Assembly (NCBI GenBank): GCA_018499905.2
Contig: JAHBAU020000007.1
Span: 11,408 to 75,407, forward strand
From: Candidatus Saccharimonadota bacterium
GTDB taxonomy: Bacteria > Patescibacteriota > Saccharimonadia > Saccharimonadales > AQU-01
Reading direction: 5' to 3'
Length of the DNA stretch: 64,000 bases
Part shown: positions 20,323 to 30,899 of the stretch, one piece after another
How the letters are laid out: every line of letters begins with the position of its first letter
Numbering within the stretch: the first letter of the stretch is position 1
The notes under the pieces: model-generated
Told to the model about the DNA's origin: nothing
The model's input: only the letters and a program-made list of their open reading frames with translations
Database searches by the model: none
Made by a program: the position numbers and the translations under genes

Positions 20323-21927
20323 ATGCCAGAAAACAGATTCGTACCACCAGTCGAACATTTCCAAAATCAAAATGGTAGTTTGTTCAGTCGTGACCCGTAC
20401 TACGATCCGAGCGTAAGTGACTTACTAACTGTACGTCATACATTTCGCGAAATCGGTAATCATCAGGCGATGAATGACATCTCGCGCAGTGTAGTTCAAG
20501 CGTATTTAGGCAATAGAGGATTTGACGATTCTATTTTGAGTGAAATAGTGCAGGTAATACGCGATGATGATCTAGGTGAGATGGTCACAAAAATTGAAGG
20601 TGAACAGGCCACGGGAAACCAGGCGGCTAAGGAACATCAGCAAAGATTTGAAAGCTACCGAGATAGGTATCTTGGCACCATTCGGGAGGCGGCAACTAAA
20701 GGCTTGCCCGTGAACGCAGACCTAGCGTTTAGTGCCTTGGCCGCTACGCATATAAGTATCATAAGCAAAGAGACGGCACTGCTAAACGGCTATGATGCCG
20801 CATTCCAGCCCAAGAACGGCAGAATCCAGTTTCAGCCATCTTACGGGGCCGCAGAAATTGATCAGTATGTCAGCTTCCACGAATTCACCCATGCAGTAAC
20901 GGGCTTTCACGTGAGAAAAATCGACGAAGACAGAATAATGGACGATTTACAGCATCAGGGAGTTCGACACCGTCAATATTCGAGAACCGAACCTGGAGAA
21001 GCTGGGTCGCAACCAGAGAAAGAACAAGACAAACGCGATCTATTTGACGAAATATTCACTGATCAAATTGCTAGAATCTTGTTTCGGGCATACCAGACTG
21101 GCGATATGCCTGATTTCCGAACCATGACGGTAGCGCAATTTTTTGAACGAGAAAACCAACCTGATGATGGTGCAGCACGAAAGGTAGGATGGGAAGTGGT
21201 GAAAAATGTTTTTGAGCGGATTCCTGAATCAGAAAAACCGATACAGAAACTTCTGGCGCTGCAATTTGAGTACTATGACCCTTCTCGGCCGGCCGGTCAG
21301 CGCGCTCCAGCTCATCGTGAGTTTTGGCAGATGGCCGACAAGTTCACCAACATCAATAAGGTTGATCAAATTGCTAGTGCAAAAGGTCATGCGGCGGCAA
21401 AAGAGTATGTACTTTCTGCTCAGTATGATGAAGACTTACGCGCAAAACAGCGTCGGAATCCAAATTACTCGTCAAACGAAGGGGTTAATTCTGGGCCGAG
21501 CCTTGCTGACATCCTGACCACACTTAATAAAGCCGAGCGCAGATCAAAGACACAGGCCAGGCACGGCTATCAACGGCGCGAATCAAGTAATCGTTTCCGG
21601 CAGTCAGTTGGTGCTATGCGGGCACAGCATACTGATGAATATGTTACGAGTACACTTGCTGCGATGGAAGCACGCGGCATGACACCGGCGCAGATCAAGA
21701 AAGCAATTGCCAAGCAGTGGCATCCGGATGTAACTGGTGGCGATAGTCGTCGTGCGGAATATTTGAAGACTGCTAACAACCGGCTTTCACGTCTAGAAGC
21801 CGGCGCCCGGCATAAGCGTCCTCAGCACAGGCAAGGAGGATCGGCACAGCCAAAAGAAAATCGTGCAACTGACCACAACGCTGCTGCGGATAGCAAAGAG
21901 CCAGCTGAATTAACAACTGGCTCATAA
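20323..21927 (+). CDS. hypothetical protein with HEXXH motif and C-terminal J-domain-like segment
   Basis: FHEFTHA at ~20875-20895; IKKAIAKQWHPD at ~21693-21730. Confidence 0.65.
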   Translation: MPENRFVPPVEHFQNQNGSLFSRDPYYDPSVSDLLTVRHTFREIGNHQAMNDISRSVVQAYLGNRGFDDSILSEIVQVIRDDDLGEMVTKIEGEQATGNQAAKEHQQRFESYRDRYLGTIREAATKGLPVNADLAFSALAATHISIISKETALLNGYDAAFQPKNGRIQFQPSYGAAEIDQYVSFHEFTHAVTGFHVRKIDEDRIMDDLQHQGVRHRQYSRTEPGEAGSQPEKEQDKRDLFDEIFTDQIARILFRAYQTGDMPDFRTMTVAQFFERENQPDDGAARKVGWEVVKNVFERIPESEKPIQKLLALQFEYYDPSRPAGQRAPAHREFWQMADKFTNINKVDQIASAKGHAAAKEYVLSAQYDEDLRAKQRRNPNYSSNEGVNSGPSLADILTTLNKAERRSKTQARHGYQRRESSNRFRQSVGAMRAQHTDEYVTSTLAAMEARGMTPAQIKKAIAKQWHPDVTGGDSRRAEYLKTANNRLSRLEAGARHKRPQHRQGGSAQPKENRATDHNAAADSKEPAELTTGS

Positions 21928-21945
21928 TACTGGCGATGGCTGGGG

Positions 21946-22287
21946 TTATTTTTTCTTGGCTGGAGCTTTTTTAGCAGCAGGCTTCTTCGCAGGGGCTTTC
22001 TTGGCTGGAGCTTTGGCGGCCTTTTTGGCAGCAGCGGTTGGTTTGACGCCAGCGGCTTTGGCGGCGCGGGCGAGCTGACGCTGTTTGCGGGCTGCTTTAT
22101 TCTTGTGCATCAAGTTCTTCTTAGCGGCTGTGTCTAGAGCGCTTTGGGCTTTGCGGGCATCGCTGCCAGATTTGGTGCGACCGAAGGCCTTCAGGGCAGA
22201 TTTGAGGCTGCGCTTGGTGCGGACATTTCGCTTGGTGGCCTTAGCGGCAACACGAACGCGCTTTTTAGCAGATTTGATAATTGGCAT
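21946..22287 (-). CDS. rpsT: 30S ribosomal protein S20 with Ala/Lys/Pro tail
   Basis: MPIIKSAKKR...HKNKAARK; C-terminal PAKK repeats. Confidence 0.96.
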   Translation of the reverse strand: MPIIKSAKKRVRVAAKATKRNVRTKRSLKSALKAFGRTKSGSDARKAQSALDTAAKKNLMHKNKAARKQRQLARAAKAAGVKPTAAAKKAAKAPAKKAPAKKPAAKKAPAKKK

Positions 22288-22467
22288 ATACTTTTTATCC
22301 TTTGTAACTTATACGTTGTTATTGATACGTCGATTGCCAACTATACAGGGGTGGAACAATTTTGTCAAAGTGGTGGTGGACAAGAGTAGCCATAAGTGGT
22401 ACGCTGATTTTTAAGGATCAATGCTAAAATAAACATAAGCTTTAAAACATAGGCAAACGCTACATAA

Positions 22468-24045
22468 ATGGACCCGAACAATAACTTCGCTAATCCTGCA
22501 CCGCAACCTTTTGCTCAGAATCCGTTAAATCCGACAACGGTTCCAGCGCCAACACCTCCCTCAGGTGCAACTGATCCAAAAGCCCAAATTCTGGAGCGAC
22601 TAAAAGGTTCGGTCAATGTGCTTGTTACCGTTAGTAACAACCCGTCAGTCGATCAATTGGCAGCGGCGATTGGGTTTACGTTGGTGCTCAATAAGCTGAA
22701 AAAGCACGGTACGGCAGTATTCAGCGGCCAGATTCCTTCAACGATTGAATTCTTACAGCCCGAGAAAACTATCGAAAAGAACACTGATAGTCTGCGTGAT
22801 TTCATCGTGGCGCTCGATAAAGCCAAGGCCGATAAGCTGCGCTACAAGATCGAAGATAAGTTCGTTAAGATTTTCATTACCCCGTATCACACCTCTTTGA
22901 GCGAAAAGGACCTGGAATTCGGACAAGGGGACTTGAACGTTGACGTTATTTTGGCGGTAGGTGTTAATCATCGCGACGAGCTTGACCAGGCGGTGACGGC
23001 TCATGGCCGAATTTTGCACGACGCTACCATTGTGAGCATCACCCGGCAGCAAGCCGATGATATCGGTACGATCAATTGGCATGTGCCAAGCGCCAGCAGT
23101 TTCTCGGAAGTGTTAGTTGATCTGAGCGAAGGCCTGAAATCGCCTGAAATTGAGCTGTTCGATCAACAGATTGCCACGGCATTTTTGACCGGTATTGTGG
23201 CCGAAACAGACCGATTTAGTAACGATAAAACGACACCACAGACAATGAGCATTTCCGCCATCCTTATGAAGGCTGGCGCCAACCAACAATTAATTGCTAA
23301 CAAGCTAGAAGAGCCAGAGCCAATTCCTGAAGCGGTCGATATGCCAAGGCCATTGGCCCAAGCTGCTCCAGCTCCGGCAGCACCCATGCCTGCACAACCG
23401 CCAAAGCCAAACGATGGATCGTTGGAGATTCCACACGAAGACATTCCCGTCGAACCCGAAACAGCCGAACCCGAAGCAGTGGAGGCGGCAGATATTGAGA
23501 TTGATGACGAAGGTCGCCTGAAACTCAAGCCTGAGGATGCCCCCGACACTAGCGCTCCAAGTGGCGATATGCTCCCGCCTGTTATGGGGTCGAGTGGTGC
23601 GGCTAACACTGTAAATACTGACGACCAAACGCTAGAAGATATCGAAAAGTCGGTCAATAGCCCGCACTTGGCTCAAGCCGGGATTACGCCGGCTGCCCCA
23701 GCTCCGAATAGTGACCTGTCGGGCGCAGCGCCAGTAGTACCGACGAGCGATGTTCCGTCGGTGCCAGCACCTGCACCAGCACTGCCGGATGAAGTGCCGC
23801 ATATCACCGAAGCCGAAGCTCGGATGAAGGTAGAAGAGGCCGAACAAAGCAGCCCAGATGAAGTGCTCGATGCATTATCTAAGCCAATTGCTGCCCTCAA
23901 CAGCGTCCCGGTTGATCTGAACATGGGTCACGACAATCCACCGACTAGTCCTATGCCGCCGGCCAGCCCAGGCGGCACGCAAGCACCTGGCACGCCACCG
24001 CCACCACCTGTGGCGCCACCGTGGACGCCTCCCGCTGCTCCTTGA
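22468..24045 (+). CDS. DHH-superfamily (NrnA-like, degenerate) protein with Pro-rich disordered tail
   Basis: PSVDQLAAAIG, ATAFLTGIVAETDRFSN motifs; no intact DHH seen; P/A/E-rich C-terminus. Confidence 0.75.
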   Translation: MDPNNNFANPAPQPFAQNPLNPTTVPAPTPPSGATDPKAQILERLKGSVNVLVTVSNNPSVDQLAAAIGFTLVLNKLKKHGTAVFSGQIPSTIEFLQPEKTIEKNTDSLRDFIVALDKAKADKLRYKIEDKFVKIFITPYHTSLSEKDLEFGQGDLNVDVILAVGVNHRDELDQAVTAHGRILHDATIVSITRQQADDIGTINWHVPSASSFSEVLVDLSEGLKSPEIELFDQQIATAFLTGIVAETDRFSNDKTTPQTMSISAILMKAGANQQLIANKLEEPEPIPEAVDMPRPLAQAAPAPAAPMPAQPPKPNDGSLEIPHEDIPVEPETAEPEAVEAADIEIDDEGRLKLKPEDAPDTSAPSGDMLPPVMGSSGAANTVNTDDQTLEDIEKSVNSPHLAQAGITPAAPAPNSDLSGAAPVVPTSDVPSVPAPAPALPDEVPHITEAEARMKVEEAEQSSPDEVLDALSKPIAALNSVPVDLNMGHDNPPTSPMPPASPGGTQAPGTPPPPPVAPPWTPPAAP

Positions 24046-24159
24046 GGTCGCGAATCCTACAATTTTTGCCTCCCATATTGATTTATAGAAGTAAATACGC
24101 TAGAATAACCCCTAGCAATTACTTATCTCTTAAGTTAACAAGGTAAGAAGAAGGATTAC

Positions 24160-24426
24160 ATGATTAGTTCAGAGAAGAAGAGTGTGGTGGTAAAAGATCT
24201 ACAAGCCCACAAAACTGACACAGGCTCACCTGAGGTACAAGTAGGCATTCTCACCGAGAGAATCAAAGAATTGACCGAACACCTCAAAGTAAACAAGAAA
24301 GATTTTGCTGCTCGTCGTGGATTACTCCAGATGGTTGGTAAGCGACGCCGTTTACTGCGTTACTTGGCTAGCAAGAACAGCAAGTCCTATCTTGACCTGA
24401 TTCAAAAGCTCGGCATTCGTAAGTAA
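24160..24426 (+). CDS. rpsO: 30S ribosomal protein S15
   Basis: DTGSPEVQV...[15 protein letters not shown]. Confidence 0.99.
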   Translation: MISSEKKSVVVKDLQAHKTDTGSPEVQVGILTERIKELTEHLKVNKKDFAARRGLLQMVGKRRRLLRYLASKNSKSYLDLIQKLGIRK

Positions 24427-24525
24427 TTTGGATACTGGACAGCGGGCGCCTGCACAATTGGCGATGTACTAACCAACAACAGTGTGCCCGAATCTAGAAC
24501 CCAAATTCTAGAGCACTTTATTAAC

Positions 24526-24584
24526 AGGGGTGATAAAGCACAGCTTTCCGCCAATATGACGGACGGTTGAACCTTGTTACCCCT
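24526..24584 (+). promoter_or_regulatory. long stem-loop in the pnp 5' leader
   Basis: AGGGGTGATAA pairs with TTGTTACCCCT, with inner stems; ends about 10 nt before the AAGGAGG Shine-Dalgarno. Confidence 0.55.
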
Positions 24585-24609
24585 CTAAAAACAAAGGAGG
24601 TTCCATACT

Positions 24610-26745
24610 ATGGCAACCATTAATCCTCTTGGAAAAGATATTATCAAAGTAGAAACAGACTGGTGCGGCCGCACACTCAGCCTCGAAGTCGGCCGCGTTG
24701 GCTTTCGAACAACTGCCAGCGTCATTGCTCGGTACGGCGACACCGTGGTTCTCGGTACTGCCATGGTCGGCAGTGAGCCACTACAGGGGATGGATTACTT
24801 CCCGCTCAGTATTGATTATGAAGAGCGCTTTTATGCAGCTGGCAAGATCAGCGGCAGCCGCTTTATCAAGCGCGAAGGACGCCCATCTGATGATGCTATT
24901 CTGATTGGTCGCTTAATCGACCGCCCTATTCGTCCATTATGGCCAAAGGGCTACCGTCATGAAGTGCAGGGTGTGGCAACTGTTTTGTCGATGGACCCGG
25001 CTTTTCGGCCAGATATGGTCGCAATGTTGGCTATGAGCGCCGCCTTCATGCTGACTGGTGCACCATTTGACGGTCCAGTAGCCGGCGTTCGTGTTGGTAT
25101 GGTGGATGGCAAACTCACGGCGTTTGCACCTGCCGAAGAACTAGAGAACGGCAAGCTTGACTTGGTTGTAGCCGGTACCGGCGATGCCATTATGATGGTC
25201 GAAGCTGGTGCGAACGAAGTTACCGAAGAAGAAGTTGCCGAAGCGCTCGAGTTTGCGCACAAAGCGTTGCAGCCAGCTATTGCGCTGCAACAAGAGCTTT
25301 TAAAGAAAATCCCTGTTACAAAACAAGAGTATGTCTTGAGCCTGCCTGATGAGGCAGTCCAAAAGGAAGTTGACGCCTGGGTTGACGGCAAATTGGGCGA
25401 AAAGGTCCGCGTTGCCTATCCAGAGCGAAACGAACTGGTCAACGCCCTACGGACTGAGATGCACGCTGCATTCTCTGAAAAACTAGGTGAAGATGAATTT
25501 AAGGCTGTTCGCAGTCACTACGATGAGGCATTCCAGACGGCCGTCCACAAAGATGTCCGAGCCGGAATCATCAAGGATAATATTCGTCCCGATGGCCGCA
25601 AATTTGATGAAGTCCGCACGCTTTCCAGTGAAGTTGGCATTTTGCCTCGTGCGCATGGTTCAAGTTTGTTCACCCGCGGCGTGACCCAGGCTATGAACAT
25701 CGTGACATTGGCGCCGCTTAGCTACTCGCAGATGCTCGACACCATGGAGCGCAACGACACCCAGAAACGCTACATGCACCACTACAACGCTCCTGGCTAC
25801 ACTGTTGGTGAAGTCCGCCGTCTCGGCAGCCCCGGCCGCCGCGAAATCGGCCACAGCTACCTGGCAGAGCGGGCAATCACTGCCGTACTCCCCAGCGAAG
25901 AAGAGTTCCCTTATGCTATCCGCTCGGTTACCGAAATCATGTCTCAGAATGGCTCAACTTCTATGGCTGCTACGTGTAGCAGCTGTTTGGCGCTGATGGA
26001 TGCTGGTGTACCTTTGAAATCGCCTGTCAGCGGCATCGCCATGGGGCTAATCATGGACAATGGCAAGCCGCACATCTTGAGCGATATTGCTGACGCTGAA
26101 GACTTTGCCGGCGATATGGATTTCAAGGTTACCGGTACTCCCAAGGGTATTACGGCGTTGCAGATGGACATGAAAGTCCATGGCTTGGCGCCAGAGATCC
26201 TCAAGGCTGCGCTGATGCAGGGCAAGGAAGGCCGTGCTTTTATCTTAAAGCACATGCTCGAAACTATCCCTGGTCCACGCAAAGACATGAGTCCGTATGC
26301 ACCGCGTGTTGAATCCATCAAGATTAATCCTGATAAGATTCGCGAAGTGATTGGTAAAGGTGGTGAAACAATCCAAAAGATTACCGCCGAAACCGACACT
26401 GACATCGATATTAAAGATGACGGAACTATCATGATTGCCAGCCCGGACAAGGCTAAGATTGAAGCCGCTAAACAGTGGATTCAAACTATTACCGCCGAGC
26501 CAGAAGTAGGCAAGATCTACAAAGACGTGCCAGTTGTCAGTGTCATGGACTTTGGCGCTTTCGTACAGATCATGCCGGGCAAAGATGGTCTGGTGCATGT
26601 GTCGGAAATGAGCGAAGATCGCGTCGAAAAACCGAGTGATGTTGTCAAAGAAGGTGACAGGGTGACCGTTAAGCTGGTGGCTATCGATGATCGTGGCCGT
26701 CTGCAATTAAGCATGAAGGCTGCGGCTCGCGAACTAAATAGCTAG
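24610..26745 (+). CDS. pnp: polyribonucleotide nucleotidyltransferase
   Basis: two RNase PH domains (RREIGH, GDMDFKV), KH (IGKGG) and S1. Confidence 0.99.
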   Translation: MATINPLGKDIIKVETDWCGRTLSLEVGRVGFRTTASVIARYGDTVVLGTAMVGSEPLQGMDYFPLSIDYEERFYAAGKISGSRFIKREGRPSDDAILIGRLIDRPIRPLWPKGYRHEVQGVATVLSMDPAFRPDMVAMLAMSAAFMLTGAPFDGPVAGVRVGMVDGKLTAFAPAEELENGKLDLVVAGTGDAIMMVEAGANEVTEEEVAEALEFAHKALQPAIALQQELLKKIPVTKQEYVLSLPDEAVQKEVDAWVDGKLGEKVRVAYPERNELVNALRTEMHAAFSEKLGEDEFKAVRSHYDEAFQTAVHKDVRAGIIKDNIRPDGRKFDEVRTLSSEVGILPRAHGSSLFTRGVTQAMNIVTLAPLSYSQMLDTMERNDTQKRYMHHYNAPGYTVGEVRRLGSPGRREIGHSYLAERAITAVLPSEEEFPYAIRSVTEIMSQNGSTSMAATCSSCLALMDAGVPLKSPVSGIAMGLIMDNGKPHILSDIADAEDFAGDMDFKVTGTPKGITALQMDMKVHGLAPEILKAALMQGKEGRAFILKHMLETIPGPRKDMSPYAPRVESIKINPDKIREVIGKGGETIQKITAETDTDIDIKDDGTIMIASPDKAKIEAAKQWIQTITAEPEVGKIYKDVPVVSVMDFGAFVQIMPGKDGLVHVSEMSEDRVEKPSDVVKEGDRVTVKLVAIDDRGRLQLSMKAAARELNS

Positions 26746-26756
26746 TTGTTAAGAAT

Positions 26757-26975
26757 ATGAAAATCGTCAAAACCAGCGCCTCACGTTCCACAGATCGATT
26801 AGTCGCAATCTTCGGCATATTGATTGCGGCAATCGGCCTGAATATCGGAACCGGGGCGCAGGCAGGCGATGTGCCGGAACCTCACTATCGATGGCTGATA
26901 GGCTTTGGTCTATTTGTTAGCGGTGTTATGTTGGCGCGGGCATTTTGGTTGAAAAATAAGGGAGGGGAGTCATGA
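26757..26975 (+). CDS. small membrane protein
   Basis: 2 TM segments. Confidence 0.55.
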   Translation: MKIVKTSASRSTDRLVAIFGILIAAIGLNIGTGAQAGDVPEPHYRWLIGFGLFVSGVMLARAFWLKNKGGES

Positions 26976-27181
26976 GTAAATCATCAATGTTTAGCCTTCA
27001 GAACCCGAAAGCCAAGATCGGGTATAAGATATTAGCCTGTCTACTGATGGCTTATGGCGCAGCCTCCTGGGCTATCGACAACGGCAGCCCTTGGCTCTAC
27101 ATCATCACAATAGTGTTTTGTTATGCTGCGGTTCAATACTTTTCAGCGCTTGTAAAGGAAGTCAGAAGTGGCAAACACTAA
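26972..27181 (+). CDS. small membrane protein
   Basis: 2 TM segments; ATGA overlap with the previous gene and GGAGG SD. Confidence 0.6.
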   Translation: MSKSSMFSLQNPKAKIGYKILACLLMAYGAASWAIDNGSPWLYIITIVFCYAAVQYFSALVKEVRSGKH

Positions 27182-27241
27182 CTATGTTAGCGAAACGATT
27201 TCTGGCCGACATCTTTTCCATAGCGATTTTTCAGCAGATTA

Positions 27242-27838
27242 ATGATCCGGGGTCAGGAACGAGTGACAAACGTAAAAAGTAAACAAATCCAGCTTGACCA
27301 AATTAAGGCAGATATTTTAAGTCAAAATATCTGCCAGGAGTTGGCCAAGCAAGCCACACAGCTCGTGTTTGGAGATGGCAGCCCCAATGCCGACATCGTT
27401 TTTATCGGCGAAGCGCCAGGCAAAAATGAAGACATCCAAGGCATTCCCTTTGTGGGGGCCGCCGGCAAGTTCTTAAACGAAATGCTGGAAATGATCGGAA
27501 TGAATCGTGACGATATTTATATCACCAATATCGTCAAGTACAGACCGCCAAATAACCGAGACCCGTTGCCAGAAGAGAAGCAGGCATTTCTGCCGTTTCT
27601 CGAAGCGCAGCTGCAGGTAATCCAGCCCAAACTGGTCATTACACTCGGTCGGCATAGTATGGATAGTCTGCTGCCCGGGCTCAAGATCAGCCAGGTCCAT
27701 GGCCAGCCCAAACGCTACAAAGGCCAGGTATACCTGCCATTGTTTCATCCAGCGGCGGCACTATACAACGGGGGAATGCGTCAAACACTTATAGACGACT
27801 TCATATCAATTCCCGCCATTCTTAAGAAAATTACATAA
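27242..27838 (+). CDS. uracil-DNA glycosylase family 4
   Basis: GEAPG, PFVGAAG, RPPNNRDP, HPAA; start uncertain. Confidence 0.95.
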   Translation: MIRGQERVTNVKSKQIQLDQIKADILSQNICQELAKQATQLVFGDGSPNADIVFIGEAPGKNEDIQGIPFVGAAGKFLNEMLEMIGMNRDDIYITNIVKYRPPNNRDPLPEEKQAFLPFLEAQLQVIQPKLVITLGRHSMDSLLPGLKISQVHGQPKRYKGQVYLPLFHPAAALYNGGMRQTLIDDFISIPAILKKIT

Positions 27839-27873
27839 ATTTTAACTTCATCAAAAATATTTAAGGAGATTCA

Positions 27874-29961
27874 ATGAATCCTAACGAACAAAACAACCAA
27901 AATCGGCCCAGACGTGGCCAAGGCCAAGGTGGTCAAAACCGTGGCAACAACAATCGTCAGAATCGCCCCAATCGGGGCAATAATCAAGGTAGCCAGCCGC
28001 AACAAAACAGCGGCGGCGCACCCAAAGTATCTCGTGGTGCGGCTATTCGCGCCCAGAAACGCAATCAGGAAGACGCCCATAAAATTGTCAGTCAATACGT
28101 GAATGCAGCAGCCAACCCGCGCAGCGGCCGAGCTAATCAAATTGTCGACGCTTTTGACAAGCTCAAGCTCACCTTCTTGGGTGGCTTGGAGGATGTCGGT
28201 GAAAAGAACATGGCAGTCCTAGAGTGGCAGAATGACGCGCTCATCATCGACTGCGGTAACAACCTTGGCGTCGATCTGCCAGGGGTTAATTATGAGATTA
28301 ACGACCCGGCGTATCTCGAGACAATTAAGCATAAAATTCGCGGGTATGTCATTACCCATGGTCACCTTGATCACATCGGTGGCTTGCGGCACATTGTGCC
28401 AATGTACCCGGCGCCGATGTATGGATCACGCTATACCATAGGTGTTGTCGAAAAGACTTTCGAGGACGAGGCAGCTGAAACTGGCGTGATGTTCAAGCCC
28501 GAAACGGTCACCATGAACATGGAAGGCCACGAAAAGCTCAAGCTGGGCGTGTTTATGATTGAATTCATTCGAATTACGCACTCCATTCCTGATGCGTCCG
28601 CTATTTGTATCGATACGCCTGTCGGCAAGATAATTACAACTGGTGACTTTCGACTTGATCCTGAGCCACTTGACCACCATCCAAGCGACACGGCTCGTCT
28701 GGAAGAGCTCGGTCGAGAAGGCGTCTTGCTACTGATGTCAGATAGTAGTTACTCAGACGAAGAGGGGCGAACACCTACGGAGCACACTCTACAGGATAGC
28801 TTTCATGACGTGATTGCCAAGGCACCTGGCCGTATCTTTGTGGCTATTTTCTCTAGCAATATGAATCGCATCCAGATGGTGATTAACGGGGCGGTCAACG
28901 CTGGCCGCAAAGTTGCTCTCGATGGCCGCAGCATGATGAGCTACGCTGAGATTGCAGTTCGACAGGGTATTTTGAAGGTGCCAAAAGGGGTTATCATCCC
29001 TATGCGTGATGTTGCCAATGTGCCTGAAGACCAACTACTGGTGGTCTGTACAGGCGGCCAAGGCGAGCCTGGTGCTGCGCTCCAGCGAATGAGTGAAGGC
29101 GACCACAAATATATCAAGCTCCAAGGTGGCGATACGGTTGTCATCAGCTCTTCACCAATTCCCGGCAATGAGATCAGATATGACATGATCAGTAATAATC
29201 TTGCCAAGACTGGTGTCCACCTCTATAGGCATCCTACCCATGAGGTTGACGGTTGCGGCCCATTGCACGTGTCTGGGCATGCACGGCGTGGCGAAATGCG
29301 CGATATGCTGCACATGACACAGCCGAAGTTTTTCATCCCTGTTCATGCTGGCATGCACAGGCGCAAATACCACGCTGAGTTAGCTGTCGAAGAAGGCTGG
29401 CCGCGTAACCGTGTGCTGCTCCCCAATAATGGTGATAGCCTGGTGTTTACCGCAGACACCGTAGTAGAAGCCGGCCAAGTGCCGCACGGCAGCCTGCTGG
29501 TCGACCAAACCGGATCTCTGGTCAGCAACATCGTAGTTAAAGACCGCCTAATGCTCTCTGAAGAAGGTCTGGTGGCCGTTATCTTAACTATCGATAAGAA
29601 ATCGGGTAACCTGTTAACCAGCCCTGATATCATCAGTCGCGGATTCATCTACATGCGAGATAGTGAGGAGCTGATGAATGATTTCCGCAGCGAGCTACGC
29701 CGGGCGGTGACGCAGCGGTTTAAGCGCATTGACCTAGATCGTTTCAAAGCTGAACTCAAAGATCACATCACGCATTTCTTGTTCGAACGCACCCAGCGTA
29801 GTCCAATCGTCATCCCAGTGGTGAACGTCATTGGTAGCAAGGGTGAAGCGCAAACGGTACACAGTAATGGCCGCAAAACCGAAGAAGAGCTCATGGCCGA
29901 ACAGCAAAAGCGCTTCATGGCCATGCGCGCCCGTCTTTTGGGTTCCGACCAAGCTGACTAG
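27874..29961 (+). CDS. rnj: ribonuclease J
   Basis: THGHLDHIGG, HVSGH, PVH; N-terminal N/Q/R/G-rich extension. Confidence 0.97.
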   Translation: MNPNEQNNQNRPRRGQGQGGQNRGNNNRQNRPNRGNNQGSQPQQNSGGAPKVSRGAAIRAQKRNQEDAHKIVSQYVNAAANPRSGRANQIVDAFDKLKLTFLGGLEDVGEKNMAVLEWQNDALIIDCGNNLGVDLPGVNYEINDPAYLETIKHKIRGYVITHGHLDHIGGLRHIVPMYPAPMYGSRYTIGVVEKTFEDEAAETGVMFKPETVTMNMEGHEKLKLGVFMIEFIRITHSIPDASAICIDTPVGKIITTGDFRLDPEPLDHHPSDTARLEELGREGVLLLMSDSSYSDEEGRTPTEHTLQDSFHDVIAKAPGRIFVAIFSSNMNRIQMVINGAVNAGRKVALDGRSMMSYAEIAVRQGILKVPKGVIIPMRDVANVPEDQLLVVCTGGQGEPGAALQRMSEGDHKYIKLQGGDTVVISSSPIPGNEIRYDMISNNLAKTGVHLYRHPTHEVDGCGPLHVSGHARRGEMRDMLHMTQPKFFIPVHAGMHRRKYHAELAVEEGWPRNRVLLPNNGDSLVFTADTVVEAGQVPHGSLLVDQTGSLVSNIVVKDRLMLSEEGLVAVILTIDKKSGNLLTSPDIISRGFIYMRDSEELMNDFRSELRRAVTQRFKRIDLDRFKAELKDHITHFLFERTQRSPIVIPVVNVIGSKGEAQTVHSNGRKTEEELMAEQQKRFMAMRARLLGSDQAD

Positions 29962-30036
29962 TTACGCTGCTGGCCTCGGCCAGTTAGCGAGCGATTTTTG
30001 GCTGTTGCTCCAGAGTTTTTGATAAGTCTACAAACT

Positions 30037-30774
30037 CTATCCGAGGGTAGTCGTGGCTGCAGCAGCGGCTGCCTGTTGATCGAGGTAGGCCTCTGTAGCA
30101 ATGAAGAACTGGTCAACGATAATGTCACTTTTGGTGTACATTCCAGTGGCAGGGTCCACAGTCACGATATCGAATATAAGTCCGAACTCATTACCGACGA
30201 CACCAACTTTGGCTAAATTTTCCTCAGTTAATCTTTCTTGAGAGATTTCGCTCGCTCCCGATCCTCCACTAGCAAATCCCCAGCCACTTATAAGGGTTTC
30301 AGAATAACCCTCAATTGAGAAGACTTCTTGATACGGCGCGTCGGGCGTCACAAGGAACCCAGGCTGTGTCGCACCATGAATGCTGTCATCCATAGAGTCT
30401 TGTTTCATGCCATCAAACCCGACTCTAGTTGCTTCTAAAGAAACGTCAGCATGAAGGTGTTCGACAAACACTAGTGGTGCAGCTGCGGGGTCTGTAGATT
30501 CGCCCTCGGCAGGAATGACTGAAAGGGAAATGTTGACTGTCTTCGGTTCTGTAATTTTCCATTGCTTGATAGCATAATCAGTAGAGTACTCAGTTCGGAT
30601 TACAACGCCATTCTCTAATGTATGATCAAAAGTTACCGTTCCGTCATCTGTAGTAATTCCCTCAATTGGTCTCTCTGTCGTTGGATCCACTTCGTCATCG
30701 CCAGTACAGCCAGCCAGCCCCATAGCAAGGGCCGAAGTTAGAACTAATGTCTCACCAAATCCCGGTCGTCTCAT
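30037..30774 (-). CDS. putative lipoprotein
   Basis: ATG 30774 with AAGGAG SD; lipobox LAGC. Confidence 0.75.
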   Translation of the reverse strand: MRRPGFGETLVLTSALAMGLAGCTGDDEVDPTTERPIEGITTDDGTVTFDHTLENGVVIRTEYSTDYAIKQWKITEPKTVNISLSVIPAEGESTDPAAAPLVFVEHLHADVSLEATRVGFDGMKQDSMDDSIHGATQPGFLVTPDAPYQEVFSIEGYSETLISGWGFASGGSGASEISQERLTEENLAKVGVVGNEFGLIFDIVTVDPATGMYTKSDIIVDQFFIATEAYLDQQAAAAAATTTLG

Positions 30775-30899
30775 AGTACTCCTTAAATAAGTGTGGAAAT
30801 TATACAATAGTATTGGCTCATACAAAATTGTTTGTGCTTAAAAAGCCCAGCAAAGTTTATGGCTATCTATCCGGTTTGATTTTGCTACAATACCTGCGT

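Noticed and set aside
23163..29952. Many antisense and nested ORFs over the DHH-like gene, pnp and rnj
   Set aside because: Shadow frames of well-supported genes with no recognisable motifs.
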